DNA from: Balanoglossus misakiensis
Taxonomy: Eukaryota; Animalia; Hemichordata
NCBI GenBank assembly: GCA_040954595.2
Contig: CM082592.2
Location: 4,480,735 to 4,544,734 of the forward strand
Reading direction: 5' to 3'
Length of the DNA stretch: 64,000 nucleotides
Below, piece by piece: positions 50,038 to 61,466 of this stretch. The notes beneath the pieces are model-generated. The model was not told where the DNA came from. It saw nothing but the letters and a program-made list of their open reading frames with translations, and searched no databases. A program made the translations under genes and the position numbers. How positions within the stretch are numbered: position 1 is the stretch's first letter; the number at the start of each line of letters is the position of its first letter.

Positions 50038-51220
50038 TTAAAACATCAATGGATGCTTCCACAGATTCTTGCAATAACTGTAACCGATGTTACTTTAATA
50101 CTTACCACTGGGTTTTCTCACGAGCTATTTCATTGAAAAACGACACCACAAACAACACAGAGGGTAATAGTTTGGCAAATGTTTTATTGACGTATATGAG
50201 AACTGAGTTACAGACAATACTGAGAGAACAGAACAACGTTAAGCACACTGTTCAGTCATTCTTTTGGAGAAAAAAAGTTTACTTCGTGGCTGAGGTCTCG
50301 TAAAAAAACTACAGTAAGTCACAGGAACCATGGACAATGCATCAAGCAGCAAAGTAAAGGTAGAAAATGGTTGTTTATAATATTTTTGTAAAAAAAAACA
50401 CAGTAAAAATATGGCAGTTACTTCGAACATTTATGATACAGAGATGTAAGATGTACAGACTGCGCGGCAGTGAGCACTGTAGAAAAAGGAGAAAGAAAAC
50501 CAAAATCTGCAGTTTCCATCACTTCATTTCACAGTATCTACACACTCAGACGATAGATTTTGTGGTCTAGGTCCTGTGAAGCCAGGCAGTGTGAACTGCG
50601 GAAGTGATGAAAACATTCTAAGTGAGGTCCTTTCTCGAATGAAGCTGGCTGTACCATTTGTGACCAGGGTGACAGGCTTGTTATTCTCATGGGATGGATG
50701 GGCCTTTTATTGATTCTTGCTGCTCTTTCCCCTAGTACAGGTCTCCAACAGACCTCATACAGGAGGCTTTTCTATAACCAGTGGCACTCATCCCAACACC
50801 TAACACAACTAAAAGTACATGGAACATACCAAAATGGAAATAATTACAGGTATGGGAAAGAAAGACAGGAAAAGAGGTAACTCATTCTTCTTTTTAAAAA
50901 TATATGGAATCACTGCATAGATAAATTTTCAACATTTCCAGAAATAAAATTTCATAATCTGGAAGTCCTTTGGCAAATTGAGTTTACAAAACAATACTGC
51001 TAGCCTCATATAACTGATATGAAAAATTTCTACACAAGAGTCTCACATACTTAAAATATGAATTTAAATAAAATGTAAAGATTTACGAGAAATCTTTCAG
51101 TTTACTAATTAACAACATGATGAGAGCAAATAAAGGCAAACTGGAACATATGAAGTATATACAAGGAAGCTTGGGCTGGATATTGCTGTCTTTTCTTGAT
51201 TTCCAACTGTATGGTCACTG

Positions 51221-51324
51221 CCAACTTGTCTGTTGTTAGGCTAGCACACTGCCTTATGGCATTGACTGTATACAATTTATGTGACCAGAGTCTCTGGTTT
51301 GGCACATAAGACGACCATCACCCT
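51221..51324. mobile_element. 3' fragment of the ~337-bp MITE
   Basis: CTTGTCTGTTGTTAGG..CACACTGCCTTATGGCA..CACATAAGACGACCATCACCCT. Confidence 0.65.
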
Positions 51325-52270
51325 ACCTTAAATAGATTTTGAGTAATGTGTAAAACTTCATGAAAATGCCAAGTGGATTTTCTAGCAATTCTCAATGTAA
51401 TCCTATGCTACGAGACAAATTCCACTTGCTCGTTAGTGTGTGTATGTCCTTTAGTTTCCATTTTCATATCAAGAATTATGGCATAGAAAGTGACCGACTT
51501 ATTTAAGTCCGAGTCAATTTATGATAGAAAATTACAAATTCACAATTACAAAAACATTTGGCAAGCATTTCTAGGTTTCATAATTAGCCTCCTCACTCCA
51601 TAAAATTTGTTCCCTAAACATCAGAACAGAATGGTCCCACAACTACAAACATTTGGATCCAACCAAACGCCACGTATGGATGGGGAGGTTTCGAAAACAT
51701 TACACTAACATTAATACACAAATACATATTTTACTTTTAATAAATTGGCATGAATTCTCTCTATATCAGTACTGATATTACTTTTGTATATATATTTTTT
51801 ATAAAAAGATTTAAAAATTTCACTAACTGCGATAGAAAATCTAAAATTCACATAGTACATTTTCTGTATGCTCAGTAGTAGTAATTTAAAAAACATGATT
51901 TCTCAATTCATAATTTCCTAGTTCATTCTACAGTGCTAATAATTAGCAGTATACATTGTAATAGTATTAGAATTCTACTGTAATAAATTGAAAGCCTCTT
52001 AACTGAGCATCTTGGTGATCTTCAACCGAGGAAGCAATATCAAAGTTTGTACACAGTACATGTTTTGTCACCTAAATCTCAATACAACTGCTCAACTGCT
52101 AACATAATGCAAGATACCCTAAATTCTATTTCAGAGGCAGTGTTTTTCTCAAATTTCAGACGGTCACTATAAATCTGTGTCCAGTCACATAAAAAATACA
52201 GAGAAACCGGTGGAAATTCGCAGGCAAAAATAATTTGGTAAATCATAACGTTTGGCAGAATGGGGAGCAC

Positions 52271-52366
52271 TTTACCCCATTTCACCCCCGTTCCCTTTAT
52301 GGAGGGGTCCAACTTCACCATAGAAAACAATGGGTTTGGATCAAACCATTGTGGTGAAAGGGTTAA
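52271..52366 (+). mobile_element. piggyBac-type MITE copy
   Basis: Same internal sequence as the other copies; ends GGTGAAAGGGTTAA. Confidence 0.7.
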
Positions 52367-53301
52367 ACGACATGAGGGGTGATATAGTGACAGCTTGGTA
52401 GCAAGCGTACGTCTTCATCACAGCTTTATAAAAAAAGGTCAATTTGTTCATTAGAATTTTGCTTCCTTTGTTCCTTGTGTGCTGCAAAGACACCACAGGA
52501 GAATTAAGCAAACGTGTTTATTCACACGTCCTGCATTTGGAAAACACTGATTGACACTACACATCTAAAAAATATGCATATTTCATTGTTTTATGTCTTA
52601 AATCACCACAGTTGCAATCGTTATTTCAGCTTCCTGCTAAATCTAACGTCTTCTGAAGAAAAAAAAGCTCAGAAAAAATTAGGTACTTTTAACTTCTTCA
52701 TGGAAGTACTATTTATGACATCATTGCATCTTTTCTCCAATACTTCTATTGTCCACACATTTTAAACCATAATCTTGGCCACAGATATTTGCCATGAACA
52801 AAACTGTCACAATTTCCCCAAAACAGTGGAAATGATCTTAAATATGATGAGAACACCATTAAATAGAAACAGTATACAATATGGATATTTTTGGCAGTGG
52901 TATCAAAAATTCACGAAGCTACGCATAAAGATTAAGAATTCTCTTCTTTGTATAACCAATGAAAGATTTATTCGTGGGGAATGAATTCTCACTTGACTTG
53001 TAGTGATGTGTAATTTCTCATTTGTAAACCAACTGACACAAAGTCAACTTTTGTAAGGAACTTTCACACAGTACAGGAAAGTTTGTGTGGGGTCCCAATG
53101 ATATGGGGAGGGGGGGGGGATATGTTTCTCAACACAGCAGTTTCACTTCATGGGGGTGGTGGTAGGGATTCAGAGATATCAAGTCAAACTGGCCAGGAAA
53201 AAAAAATGGCAGACTTGGGTTTTCGGTGTGGCATTCTATATACATGTACTGAGTAACCAACCACAGTTTAAGCGCAAGCAAAGTAGGTGAGCTACTTTTA
53301 T

Positions 53302-53394
53302 TTAACCCTTTCACCCCCAGATCCCTCTTTAGAGGTCCAACTTCACCATAGAAAACAATGGGTTCGGGGTAAACCATGGTGGTGAAAGGGTTAA
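53302..53394 (+). mobile_element. piggyBac-type MITE (~93 bp with TTAA flanks), 30 bp past the CUX stop codon
   Basis: TTAACCCTTTCACC...GGTGAAAGGGTTAA: terminal inverted repeats with CCC/GGG ends and TTAA on both sides. Confidence 0.8.
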
Positions 53395-53423
53395 AGGAAC
53401 CATACAGAAAACATGACTGGCTT

Positions 53424-56400
53424 TCAGGTATATTTCCAATTTGAGTCTTCCCCTTTGACCCTGTGTTCCTGGTTCTCCTTCCTGACTCTGTCGTTGTCAG
53501 TACTTTCTATACTGTGGTCTTCGTAATCTAGCCTTCCCTCTTCGCCGCTCACGTACCAGTGCTCTTTGGAGTAGTGGCAGGCGTTGTCGTCGTCGTCGTC
53601 CACCGGTTCGGGCTTGACGACGACCACGCCGCTCTTCTCCAACCTCTCCTCCATGCCGATGAAGTCCTCCTCTTCCCCCCTGAGGGGGACGGAGGCCCTG
53701 CTGCTGTCGAACTCCTCGTCCTCGCTGTTCGGGTTGGCGTGGACGTGCCCGTTGCTGACGAGTCGCAGCTCGCCGTGTGGACCCAGGTGCCCGTCGCCGC
53801 TCCCGTCCTCGTGCATGCGGGACTGCTCCTCCGCCAGCTGTCCCCGCTTCGACCGCGAGCGGTGGTTGTGGAACCAGTTCGTGACGGTGGACGGCAGCAG
53901 GTTGAGCTCGGCCGCCAGGAAGTCGATGGACGACTGCGACGGGTACGGTTCCCGTCGGTACGCCACCATCAGCGCGTCTTTCTCGTGTTGCGTGAGTAAG
54001 GTGCGCGGTTTCTTCAACTGTTGAAAATCGGTCAACGATACAGAACGTTCCACATCACTGAATACTGATGCTCTTCTTTTGTGCGACGCTGGAAAATAGA
54101 CCAAGCAAAATGTATTTTTCAAAAATTGTACTGAAAAACTACTGTATATGATCAAATACACCAAGCCCTTAAAATCATGTGTCAACCATATTTTCAATTG
54201 TTTTGACTTTGGTCAACCTTCATCAACAATACTATGATCAACTTGTTATCGCAATATCTATTGGAAACAAACTACTAAGGTCAAACCATGCTTTTCTGAA
54301 TTGGTACATTACATACACCCTGGTGATTACTTCAATTACAAAGCAAAGAACCTCCACTCGACACCACTCACCTTTCCTTTCCATCTTGATATTCTTCAAC
54401 CGCTGCACTCCGTCCTTATCGTTCAGCCACATCTGCATGCGGATAAACGGCTCCTTGCCCTTCAGACTCAGACTGTTCCAGGGCTTGGGCTTGGACAGCA
54501 GATCGCTGACCGAGCCCTGCGTCAGCCCCAGCACGATCTCCCCGAACACCCTCTGCCCGATGTTGTTCTCGTACAGCACGATCTTCACGCGGCGCGCGAT
54601 GTCGTACGTGTCCAGCTCGGGCAGGGTGGCGTACTGTTCGTGCGTGAAGCGCTCTGTGCTGTTCGTCGAGGAAGTGGAGGAGTTCTCGGTGTCGTCCACA
54701 GTCGACGGCCTGTTCGGGCCGGGCAGTTGTAGTAGAGGTGGCTGGCTGTTGCTGTTGTTGACGATGACAGGTTCTTGTACACTCTCTTCACTGAGTTCAC
54801 CTATGTGTTTATACCAGACGATAATCGTTAGAGACACATTTTCAAATTTTCCACATACTCTTGTAATCACAACAATGATGAATGTTTTTTTATAGGATAA
54901 GGCATACATGTTCAGCTGAAAAATTCGAAAATCAAAATTCAAAAGCAAATAATTTTTTGCCCCACTTCTTGGCAACACAACACAATGCAACAAAGCACAT
55001 CATCTATACATGTACATTCATGCCATTATCATATCTTTCCCGTGGTTTCCACAAGCCCCAAGTTTCTTATCACCATCCTTTATACAGAAACCACCACTTC
55101 CTCCCTTCATAACTGAACTTTGGTGCACTCTCATATAGTTTCCAGGGACAATGATGGACCAATACACTGGGAAACAGGGGGGAAAGCTTGAAAAACCAAC
55201 CCACCTTTCTTTCCATAGACAATTTTGAGCTTCTCTATGGCTTCTTCGTCCTCCAGCCAGAGTTGCATCCGGATGAAGGGCTCCCTGCCCTTCTGCGTCA
55301 GTTTGCTCCAGGGCTTCGGGTGCGACAGTATGTCGCTGACGCTTCCCTGCGACAACCCCAGCACGTGGTCGCCGAACAGCCTCTGCGGGATGAGGAACTT
55401 GTTGAGTCTCTCCTTCACGTCCACAGTGACGCGCCGCGTGTTCAGCTCCGGGTACTTCTCGTAGTGCTGGCTGGTGAGCGGCGGCAGGACCCGCTTCAGC
55501 GGCTTGGCCATGGCCAGGAAGCCGGGCGACATGGAGAACATGGGACTGTCTATGACGCAGTTGGAGTCTTGAATGGCCTGCTGGATGGCCCTGTGCACCC
55601 GCGCCGCGTTCTCCTCGCTCCCGGACATGGCGTTCTGCACGGCCTTGTCGACCGGGGGCTCCGCTGGAGACCCGTTGGAAGTTCTGACTTTCTTGATGAG
55701 CGGTATCGCTTCGGTCTGGGGCTCCTGCTCGAACAGCGACGCCGCCACCGCCGCCGTCGTCGCCGGGTGCCGCTCGACGACCGTCTCGGAGTACGGCTTG
55801 AACGCGCTGTGCCGCAGCGGCCGCAGCCGGTCCGGGGAAGACATTTTCGGGGAGCCGGCATACTCGCGGTGGCTCGCCAACTGGCCCACGCCGGGGTTCA
55901 TGGCTTCCATCTCCTGCCTGGCCTGTGACAAGATCTGGGTGATAGCCTCTTCTGTGGAGTCTTTGGGGCAGGCATTGATGGGTGTTGATGCTAGGGCTGG
56001 AAGCGGAGGGTTTGGAGGGGTTGATATGCGGATGTCTTTACCTGGTTAGGAATCCAAACAGATAAACATCAGTCAACAAATTCCTCAGCTTTCATTTTCT
56101 ATACATGAAAGAACTAAACAGTTTTCACATACTGGGTCACATTACACAAGATGTAAATTTCAAGTTACATGTCATCAACTCATATGTTTGATTCTTCCAC
56201 TAAAGGTAAACAGTCATTGCTAATATGGTCTTCTGCAATTGTAGAAAATTCTAAAAGTTACCCAGATAATGACTGACTCTTATCAGTATAATATTTCATT
56301 GCCCCAAGTGAAAATCGGCAGTATCCATGGAAACTGTTGCTAAATTCCAAGAGGGGCCATGTACATGTATTTTTAAGCAGTGAAATTTCTGCGAACTAAC

Positions 56401-56914
56401 TACAGAGAAATATTTTACATTGACAGCTTACCTTTCTTCTTGGCATTGATGATGAGCAGCGTCTGTATGTTCTCTTCATCCGCCAGGAAGTCCATCATTT
56501 TTATAAACGGCTCCCGGCCCTTCACCGTGAGCTTGTCCCACGGCTTGGGACGGGCCAAGATCTCGCTGACCGAGCCCTGCGACATGGCCAGCACGTACTC
56601 CCCGAACACGCGCTGCCCGACATTGTACATGAGCAGCAGGTCCTTGACGATGCGGGCGATCTCGTTGGTGTTGATCTCCCCGGTCTCCTGGTAAATTGTC
56701 TTTATGGTCGGGAAGGCGATCGGCCGTACGCCCGGGGTTGCAACCCGCATCGGGAGCATGAAACCCGGCGGGAGAAGAGGCGGCGGTGGCGGCGTGGATG
56801 CTTGCGACGTGTTGGGAGACGCTGCGTCCGCGTGACTGCTGCGGTTTTCGACTTCCGGGGGCTTGGGCACCGCTTGACACATTCTCGGTGGTGGCTGGGA
56901 GGATTTTTCGTCAC
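53424..56914 (-). CDS. CUX1: Cut-like homeobox isoform-specific exons: 56914-56432 (CUT1), 56041-55205 (CUT2), 54800-54372 (CUT3), 54088-53424 (homeodomain)
   Basis: Three CUT repeats (e.g. [43 protein letters not shown]) and a CUX-class homeodomain KKPRTLLT...YPS...[12 protein letters not shown]. Confidence 0.95.
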
Positions 56915-57160
56915 CTACAGCACAAGAAAGGCGAAGGTCATTTTTTTCTCACTGGGAATCACAGACCCTCAGTAAATATACACGGCCGTTTTATTTTTTG
57001 GATGCGTAATTGTTACTAGTATTAATGAAACGACGGTGGAAACAACGTGACCAAACTTGACAGAGAAACACAAAATGTGATTTTGATTTTTAATACTGAC
57101 AGGAAAACCTTTCTTGTACTGTGGTGGAATCCTCCCATGGCGGAAACAAATCATTGTATA

Positions 57161-57196
57161 CAAAACAAAACAAAACAAAACAAAACAAAACAAAAA
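57161..57196. repeat. (CAAAA)n repeat
   Basis: Read directly from the sequence. Confidence 0.9.
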
Positions 57197-58166
57197 CAGA
57201 AATGCAGGCGGCACGTAAGGAGTTGTTTATTTCCATAAACTAAGTGTTACAATGGTTATGTATGTGATGAATGCAGAAATCAAATGATAACAAAGAGTGG
57301 GAGTTTCCACAGTCCAAGCTGGCATGGCATCCAAAACCCTATCATCTACATGTATGGAATGCTTGTATAGTAATTAGTATGGTAGTTTTTCCCCCTTGTG
57401 TTTCGCATGGTCAGATAAAACTGACTGATGTGAAATAGTAGATTAAATCTGTGTGTGTGTGTGTGTGTTGAGGCTGGGCACTAAGTGTGATATTTCCCAC
57501 CATTGCAGGGCAGTTCAAATAATTCAAGGCGAAAAAATTTAATGAACTACTATATCCAACACAAAAAGAGATATTTATATGTTCTTGATTTGAGATCAGA
57601 CACATTCGCACAGGGACAGGCAAAGATAGACGCTTACTTCACACATCAAATGTTAGCTTGTTATTTTGCCACAAGGGGGAGGGGGGTTTCTGACACTGTC
57701 CCAGTCAAACAGAAACCAGATGGCCGCCAAAATGTTACTCAGAAACAAAAGACGTTAAAGTAAGTTGCAGGGGTCGATATCATGAGAAGATTGGTGTCAA
57801 TCATACATCGATAAATGTGGAAGTGTAGTGGTTCATTTGTTTGTTTTCGCAATTAAGTTTTCAGGTATGAAGGCACGTTCAGATATGAAATGATGAGTTG
57901 AGAGGGGAGAGTTAGATAACATGAAAGATGTAAAAACAACTGAACCCAATCAACTGACAACAAGCTCTCAGGGGTAGTCAGCCATTCTGTCTACTGTGAC
58001 AGCTCATCACTTTATCTGGTGAGACTTCCATACTCTGATTAAGCCGTCAATGACAAAGTCTTGGCCAGCGGTGCAAAACACTGCCCCCCAGTGGCAACAA
58101 CAGAACTTGGCTCGACTATCAGTTGATCCAGGTTTCAGTAAACCAGAACAAAGATACGAAACTTAC

Positions 58167-61100
58167 TGTTTAACTCCGCTGTGCTCAATTTCAGCGACGT
58201 GTTTTCCGACTGAAGGGCTCTGTTCTTCTCAAGAAGCAACACCTCGAGGGATTTCTGCTGACTTGTCTCGTCGGTCTCGCCGCTGTGAAACTCCATCGAT
58301 TTCATTATCGTCAATTCTCGCTTCATCTCTTCGTAGTCACTCTGGTTCTTGATCTTCTCTTCCTGTGAAAAACAAAACCAACAAAAACATTTATTAAAAT
58401 TATTTTTCTAGGGTTCCACAATTCCAACTCCAAACTTTTATATCATGCAATATGCGCCTTGCAGGAGGTCACACAGTACTTCCATATACAGCTGCACAGG
58501 CCAAAATACCGTGACTGAATAATTAATCAGATTTTTTTCAAAACTGCCAGTGCATCTTGACCTGACTGATGTAATTTGCCAGGGGGTTCCACAGTCCACA
58601 TCTCACATGATGTATACCATGCCATGTGGCTTTGGTACTCAGGGTGAATGAGTATTCAAAATCTTAGTTGCAGCTAATTCATCTTTTAACACGGTAACAT
58701 TTCCTGTCCATTGTCTGTCTTGAGCACATCTTTGGAGCTGAGGTTCACCCCAGTGGTGAAGTCTGATCTGGTCCACCTAAAACCTTGCACTGTTATAAAA
58801 TTCAACATATTACACACCAAGTTTTCCCCACTTACAAGTTTCTTGAGGGAGGTGGCTTTCTGCGCCAGCTGTTCTTCCAGCTTGCTGACCTGTTGCGAAG
58901 TGGAGTCTCTCAGCTTGGCATTGGTGGCCTGTAGTCTCTGCAGGTCTTCCACCAGCTGGGAAATCTGTGTGTGTCACAGACAGAGCATGGAATGAAAAAA
59001 AAAACATTTCACTGGTGACTGTCGTGATGGTGTACACACCACAAGATGATAAAGTTGTGTTTGTTTTTTAGCAAAGCCACATCAATTCAGGAAGAATTTA
59101 CAACTTGCCAAATTTTATGCAAAGGCATAATAAAATTCCTTTGCAACGTTTCTGCCATCCTAGGGGGCACCTAGGTTCTGTTGATCTGCATCACAGCAAA
59201 GCGCACACAGTGAAAGGAAGCACTAATAATCAAAACTCTAGAAAAACTTGAGAAAACATTACCTCTTTTTCTTTCGCAGAAAGTTCCACTTCAAGGCTGG
59301 ATCTTGTCAAGATATCGATGGCTTGCTCCTGGAGGGACAAAATACGGAAGAAACTTTGTATTCATTATTTGATCCTGAAGATTTGTGTATGCCACTACCC
59401 ACAGAATCACTAAGCATCCATTCCCAAGGCGTATGTACTAACGACATCACTATTACTAACCATATTTGGAGCCTTCTGCATCTGTTCAGCCTGTCGGAGG
59501 GCTTCATTGGCAGATTCCAGCTGAACTTTCATCGACTCAATCTCCTTCTCCAGTGAGGTAGTTCTCTGGTTTGCCCGCTCTAGATCCGTCATGATCATGT
59601 CTGTCTCGTCAGACCTGTAACATTCAAATCAATCACAAACAGGAGCAATCAGCAAAGTCTTTAACCCTTTCACCCCCAGTTCCCTCTTCAGAGGTCCAAC
59701 CTTACCATAGAAAACAATGGGTTCGGACTGAACCATGGTGGTGAAAGGGGTAAACTTGTGCATTTCTCTTGTATTAAGAGGTATATGTACATGTACGAAA
59801 ACATAACAGGCGTATTCCTGATGGGTGTTATCTAAAGAGATGATTGGTTTGGAGAGTGACATGGGATGTGTCCTGATGAATATGGAAATATCGAACCGAC
59901 AGCTCATGAATATTAATTAACAAGGCATGTTACTTACTTCGCCGCTGTCTGCTCGTCGTGTTTGGCCCTCAAATCAAAGAGTTCTGACTGGGTAGTGTCA
60001 AGGGCTGGAAAAAAATGCACACACTTAAGAAGGGGGAGAAACTCACACACTTTTCAAATAATTCTGATCTTTCTTTACAGATAATTTCACCTGAAGTCTC
60101 CATCAGAACAATGTACAAATCTACCTATAAGATGAATACAGGCATGGTTAAGTAAAATCTCAAAAGAAAAGGTGTTTGACATAGACAGGTTTCCAGACTA
60201 GACAGGGCTCGTTTTAGATAGGGTTTACTCTACATTTTACAGAGACACAGAAAAACTCAATATTTACCACTCTGAAGCATTGCCACTTTGTGTTCAGCCT
60301 CGCCCAGTTTTGTAGCCACAGAAAGCTGTGTTTCTTGCAATTGCCTGTAAAACAAAGGCAAACACGACAAAGCTTTTATCAGAAATGAAAAACTGAAGGT
60401 GAAAGAGAAACATGCGCGAGTGAAAACAGAAGATGAAATCTGGACCTTTTTAATCCTTACCTAGAATATACTGAAACATTACAACTTTTAATAGTTAAAA
60501 ATATTATGCATATGTTAACTGGTGTTCCAGTCAAACACTGTATCCAAAGAAATGACACAATATACCAGTATCTCACTGACTGTGAACACCAATTATGTTG
60601 GCCGAATAAAATTCCTGAAAACCTATGGTTTTATCCTTCACCTTTCTTTGTCAGCAAATTCTCTCTGGAGGTCCTTCTCTTTCTCTTTGGCTCTGGACTG
60701 AGCAACCGCCTCCATCTTCTCTTCAAACTCTTTCAGTTTCTCTTTCAGTGACTTGATGGTTACCTCTGAAAGTGTGATGTGTATGTGCATTGCCATGAGT
60801 TGACATGAAAACAATTACAGCTGAACATGCAACACAACACAATTCCATATACCTCTTCCACAAAGAGGAATCATATACAGAGAATCATATTATTTTATTC
60901 TACAGTGTCCCCTGCCCATCCCCACCCTAACAACGGAATGACCCAGACCCTATGGGTTATACATTTGTAAAACTAATCCATCAATGGTTATCTTACATGG
61001 AACCTTTCAGGCACCATACATTGGTAGTACATTAGTGCCAAACAACAAAGAACAGAAAGACCAATGCCCCCCCCCCCCCAAACAGGTAGTCATACTGCAA

Positions 61101-61466
61101 TGTACCACTGAAGCACCATACATGTACATGTACATTGGTGGTGATAACCACACATGCAGGAACTACATGTATTCAGCAGAGTGACAACAGAATGGCCAAA
61201 GTTCTCTCGTGACCTGGGGAATCAGAATCAATATTTCTACCGTTGGCGTGACGATGCCACAATACTATTCAGGAGAGACGACTGTGCACTATTATGTGTG
61301 GCGGACATCACCCTTTGTCGACCCTCACCTTGGTTTTTCACTTCAGCAAATTCATGGTTGTATTCGTCGAGCGTCTCTCTCAGTTTCTGATTCTCCACCT
61401 CCAAGTCCTGAGCTCTCTGTATCTTCTTCTGTAGTTGCATTGCATGTTCAAGAACTGGCGCTGGAT
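58167..61466 (-). CDS. CUX1: Shared N-terminal coiled-coil exons of CUX1/CASP, 5'-partial: 61466-61329, 60765-60642, 60344-60268, 60004-59938, 59614-59461, 59328-59263, 58964-58836, 58362-58167
   Basis: [105 protein letters not shown]. The first exons were not found and probably lie beyond 64000. Confidence 0.93.
59661..59753 (+). mobile_element. piggyBac-type MITE copy in a CUX1 intron
   Basis: TTAACCCTTTCACCCCCAG...GGTGAAAGGGGTAA, very similar to 53302-53394. Confidence 0.75.

Noticed and set aside
58008-58120. Minus-strand peptide VVATGGS...DGLIRVWK resembling a WD40 repeat in a CUX intron
   Set aside because: It is a single short stretch ending in a stop, with no convincing splice sites or further repeats. 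Likely chance.
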